Positions 62,650 through 64,000 of a stretch of 64,000 nt of DNA are shown here, one piece after another. Numbering within the stretch: the stretch's first letter is position 1; each line of letters opens with the position of its first letter. Source of the DNA: Opitutia bacterium (GTDB taxonomy: Bacteria > Verrucomicrobiota > Verrucomicrobiia > Opitutales > Opitutaceae); the NCBI GenBank assembly GCA_947478395.1, contig CANJVR010000002.1:736001-800000 (forward strand). Reading direction: 5' to 3'. The notes beneath the pieces are model-generated. The model did no database searches, was not told the origin of the DNA, and worked only from the letters and a program-made list of their open reading frames with translations. The position numbers and the translations under genes were made by a program.

Positions 62650-64000
62650 GGGACGTTCTGGGTTATGAGCGGAGAGGATTTCGCCGACTCGGCGATTGGC
62701 TTGGGAAAGATGCGTTGCTGTTGGAACGGGGCAGACTCGATGACTCCCGTCAACAGGGCCGAGAACGCGCCGTGATTCCGGTCGAGGCTTTCGACGATCT
62801 TATCGACCGCGGGAACATCGTAATATTCCACGCCACGGCCGATCGCGTAGGTCAGCAATTTTTCGGTCAGGCAGCGATAGAACTCGATTTTATGGTTTGC
62901 GGCGAGAATCCGCTTAAGGTCGGCAATACCGGTGAATTTTTCGCCGGTGGCCAGTTGGCCGGAGGGGTCGATCTTCTGCTTATACTCCTCGGCCCGCCAC
63001 TGGCCGAGAGCGTTGAAGTTTTCCAAGGCGAGCCCAAGAGGGTCCATACGGTTGTGGCACGAAGCGCAAATCGCGTTTTCACGGTGGGCGGCCATCGTCT
63101 CGCGCAACGTAGGCACGCGGGCGTCATCTTTCGATTTGGTCTCTTCCAACGCGGGAATATCGGGCGGCGGCGGCGCGGTGGGTGAGTTGAGGATGTTTTC
63201 CAGAATCCACTTGCCCCGTTTGACGGGCGACGTGCGGTTGGGATTCGACGTAACCATGAGGACGCTACCCATGGTGAGAATGCCGCCGCGTGGGTCGCCG
63301 GGCGGAAGAGTTACCTTACGCAACTCCGCTCCCTTTACATCGCTGATCTTGTAAGCGCCGGCCAAGGTTTCATTGAGGAAAGTATAATCGCTGGAGAGAA
63401 ATTCATCGATGCTGCGGTCTTCGCGAAGCACGTACTCGAAATATTTTTCGGTCTCCTGTTTCGAGGCGATGCGAACCGCATCGCTCACGTTGCCGCCACC
63501 ACCTCCACCGAAGCCGCCCCGTCCGCCGCCAGCCGGGACCACGCCTTCGCGCGCCATGATTTCGCGCGGATTGAGTGGCACGGTGGTAACAAGGCGGGTT
63601 TGCAGCCATTGCCCGGTGAAATTCTCGACAAAGGCAGACGAGCGCGGATCGGCGAGCAAGCGCTTGACCTGCGCGGCGAGATTCGCGCGCAGTGTGCCGG
63701 CGGCAGCGAGTTTGAACAACTCGTCGTCAGGCATCGTGGACCAGAGAAAATAGGACAGGCGCGAAGCGAGGGAGTAGTCGTCCAGATTTGAATAAGCCGC
63801 AGCCGCCGGGGCCGCGGCCGGCCGATCGACGCGGAAGATAAAACGGGGCGAGGCCAGCGCAGCCACCATCGCCTGGGCGACGCCCGACTCGAAGGTGGTG
63901 CCTGGGACGCTGTAGAATTTTTCCGCGATTTCGACGAGTTGGTTGACGCTGTCCGCGGGGACAGGGCGCCGATAAGCTTTATTGGCGAACGCCCGGAATA
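62646..64000 (-). CDS. DUF1592-family c-type heme protein (pair 3), 5' part outside the window
   Basis: Frame open to the window edge (FANKAYRRP); SPRFIFR, LASRLSYFLWSTMPD, TSPVKRGKWI, CASCH..MDPLG.ALENF; 4-bp overlap with DUF1552. Confidence 0.9.
   Translation of the reverse strand, partial: FRAFANKAYRRPVPADSVNQLVEIAEKFYSVPGTTFESGVAQAMVAALASPRFIFRVDRPAAAPAAAAYSNLDDYSLASRLSYFLWSTMPDDELFKLAAAGTLRANLAAQVKRLLADPRSSAFVENFTGQWLQTRLVTTVPLNPREIMAREGVVPAGGGRGGFGGGGGGNVSDAVRIASKQETEKYFEYVLREDRSIDEFLSSDYTFLNETLAGAYKISDVKGAELRKVTLPPGDPRGGILTMGSVLMVTSNPNRTSPVKRGKWILENILNSPTAPPPPDIPALEETKSKDDARVPTLRETMAAHRENAICASCHNRMDPLGLALENFNALGQWRAEEYKQKIDPSGQLATGEKFTGIADLKRILAANHKIEFYRCLTEKLLTYAIGRGVEYYDVPAVDKIVESLDRNHGAFSALLTGVIESAPFQQQRIFPKPIAESAKSSPLITQNVP

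Overview
This is a GC-rich bacterial window. I infer Verrucomicrobiota, probably Opitutaceae, from gene content and order (scpB-pheA, PVC-type heme proteins, DUF1552/DUF1592 pairs, SusD-less TonB-dependent receptors). Bases 1-12,750 are mostly housekeeping (rplU, rpmA, pheA, scpB, ilvD, pgi, rsmI, ppx). They also hold a frameshifted four-helix-bundle pseudogene, a PL4-like lyase followed by a remnant of a paralog, and a 53-aa lipoprotein missed by the ORF track. Bases 13,175-64,000 form a large hemicellulose/pectin-debranching region. It encodes two TonB-dependent receptors, nine esterase genes (SGNH, CE15-like, CE1-like, two CE6, three Fes-like, one tandem alpha/beta hydrolase), GH95, GH62, three GH43, a GPH/MFS sugar symporter and the two lower Weimberg-pathway enzymes. 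It also encodes a PVC-type cytochrome c/beta-propeller protein and three separate DUF1592 (c-type heme, Sec) + DUF1552 (Tat, His-rich) gene pairs. The best candidate for an undescribed system is this recurring periplasmic heme/metal two-protein module embedded among xylan esterases and pentose-oxidation genes. Other notable signals: Gly/Arg (RGG-like) loop insertions in about ten unrelated exported proteins, a ~120-bp nested REP/MITE-like element in five copies, a canonical EF-hand loop and a (GGTGATT)6 repeat at one TonB receptor, and C-rich leaders without a Shine-Dalgarno motif. I saw no rRNA, tRNA, CRISPR array or intact transposase. All family assignments come from motif recognition by eye; no searches were run.
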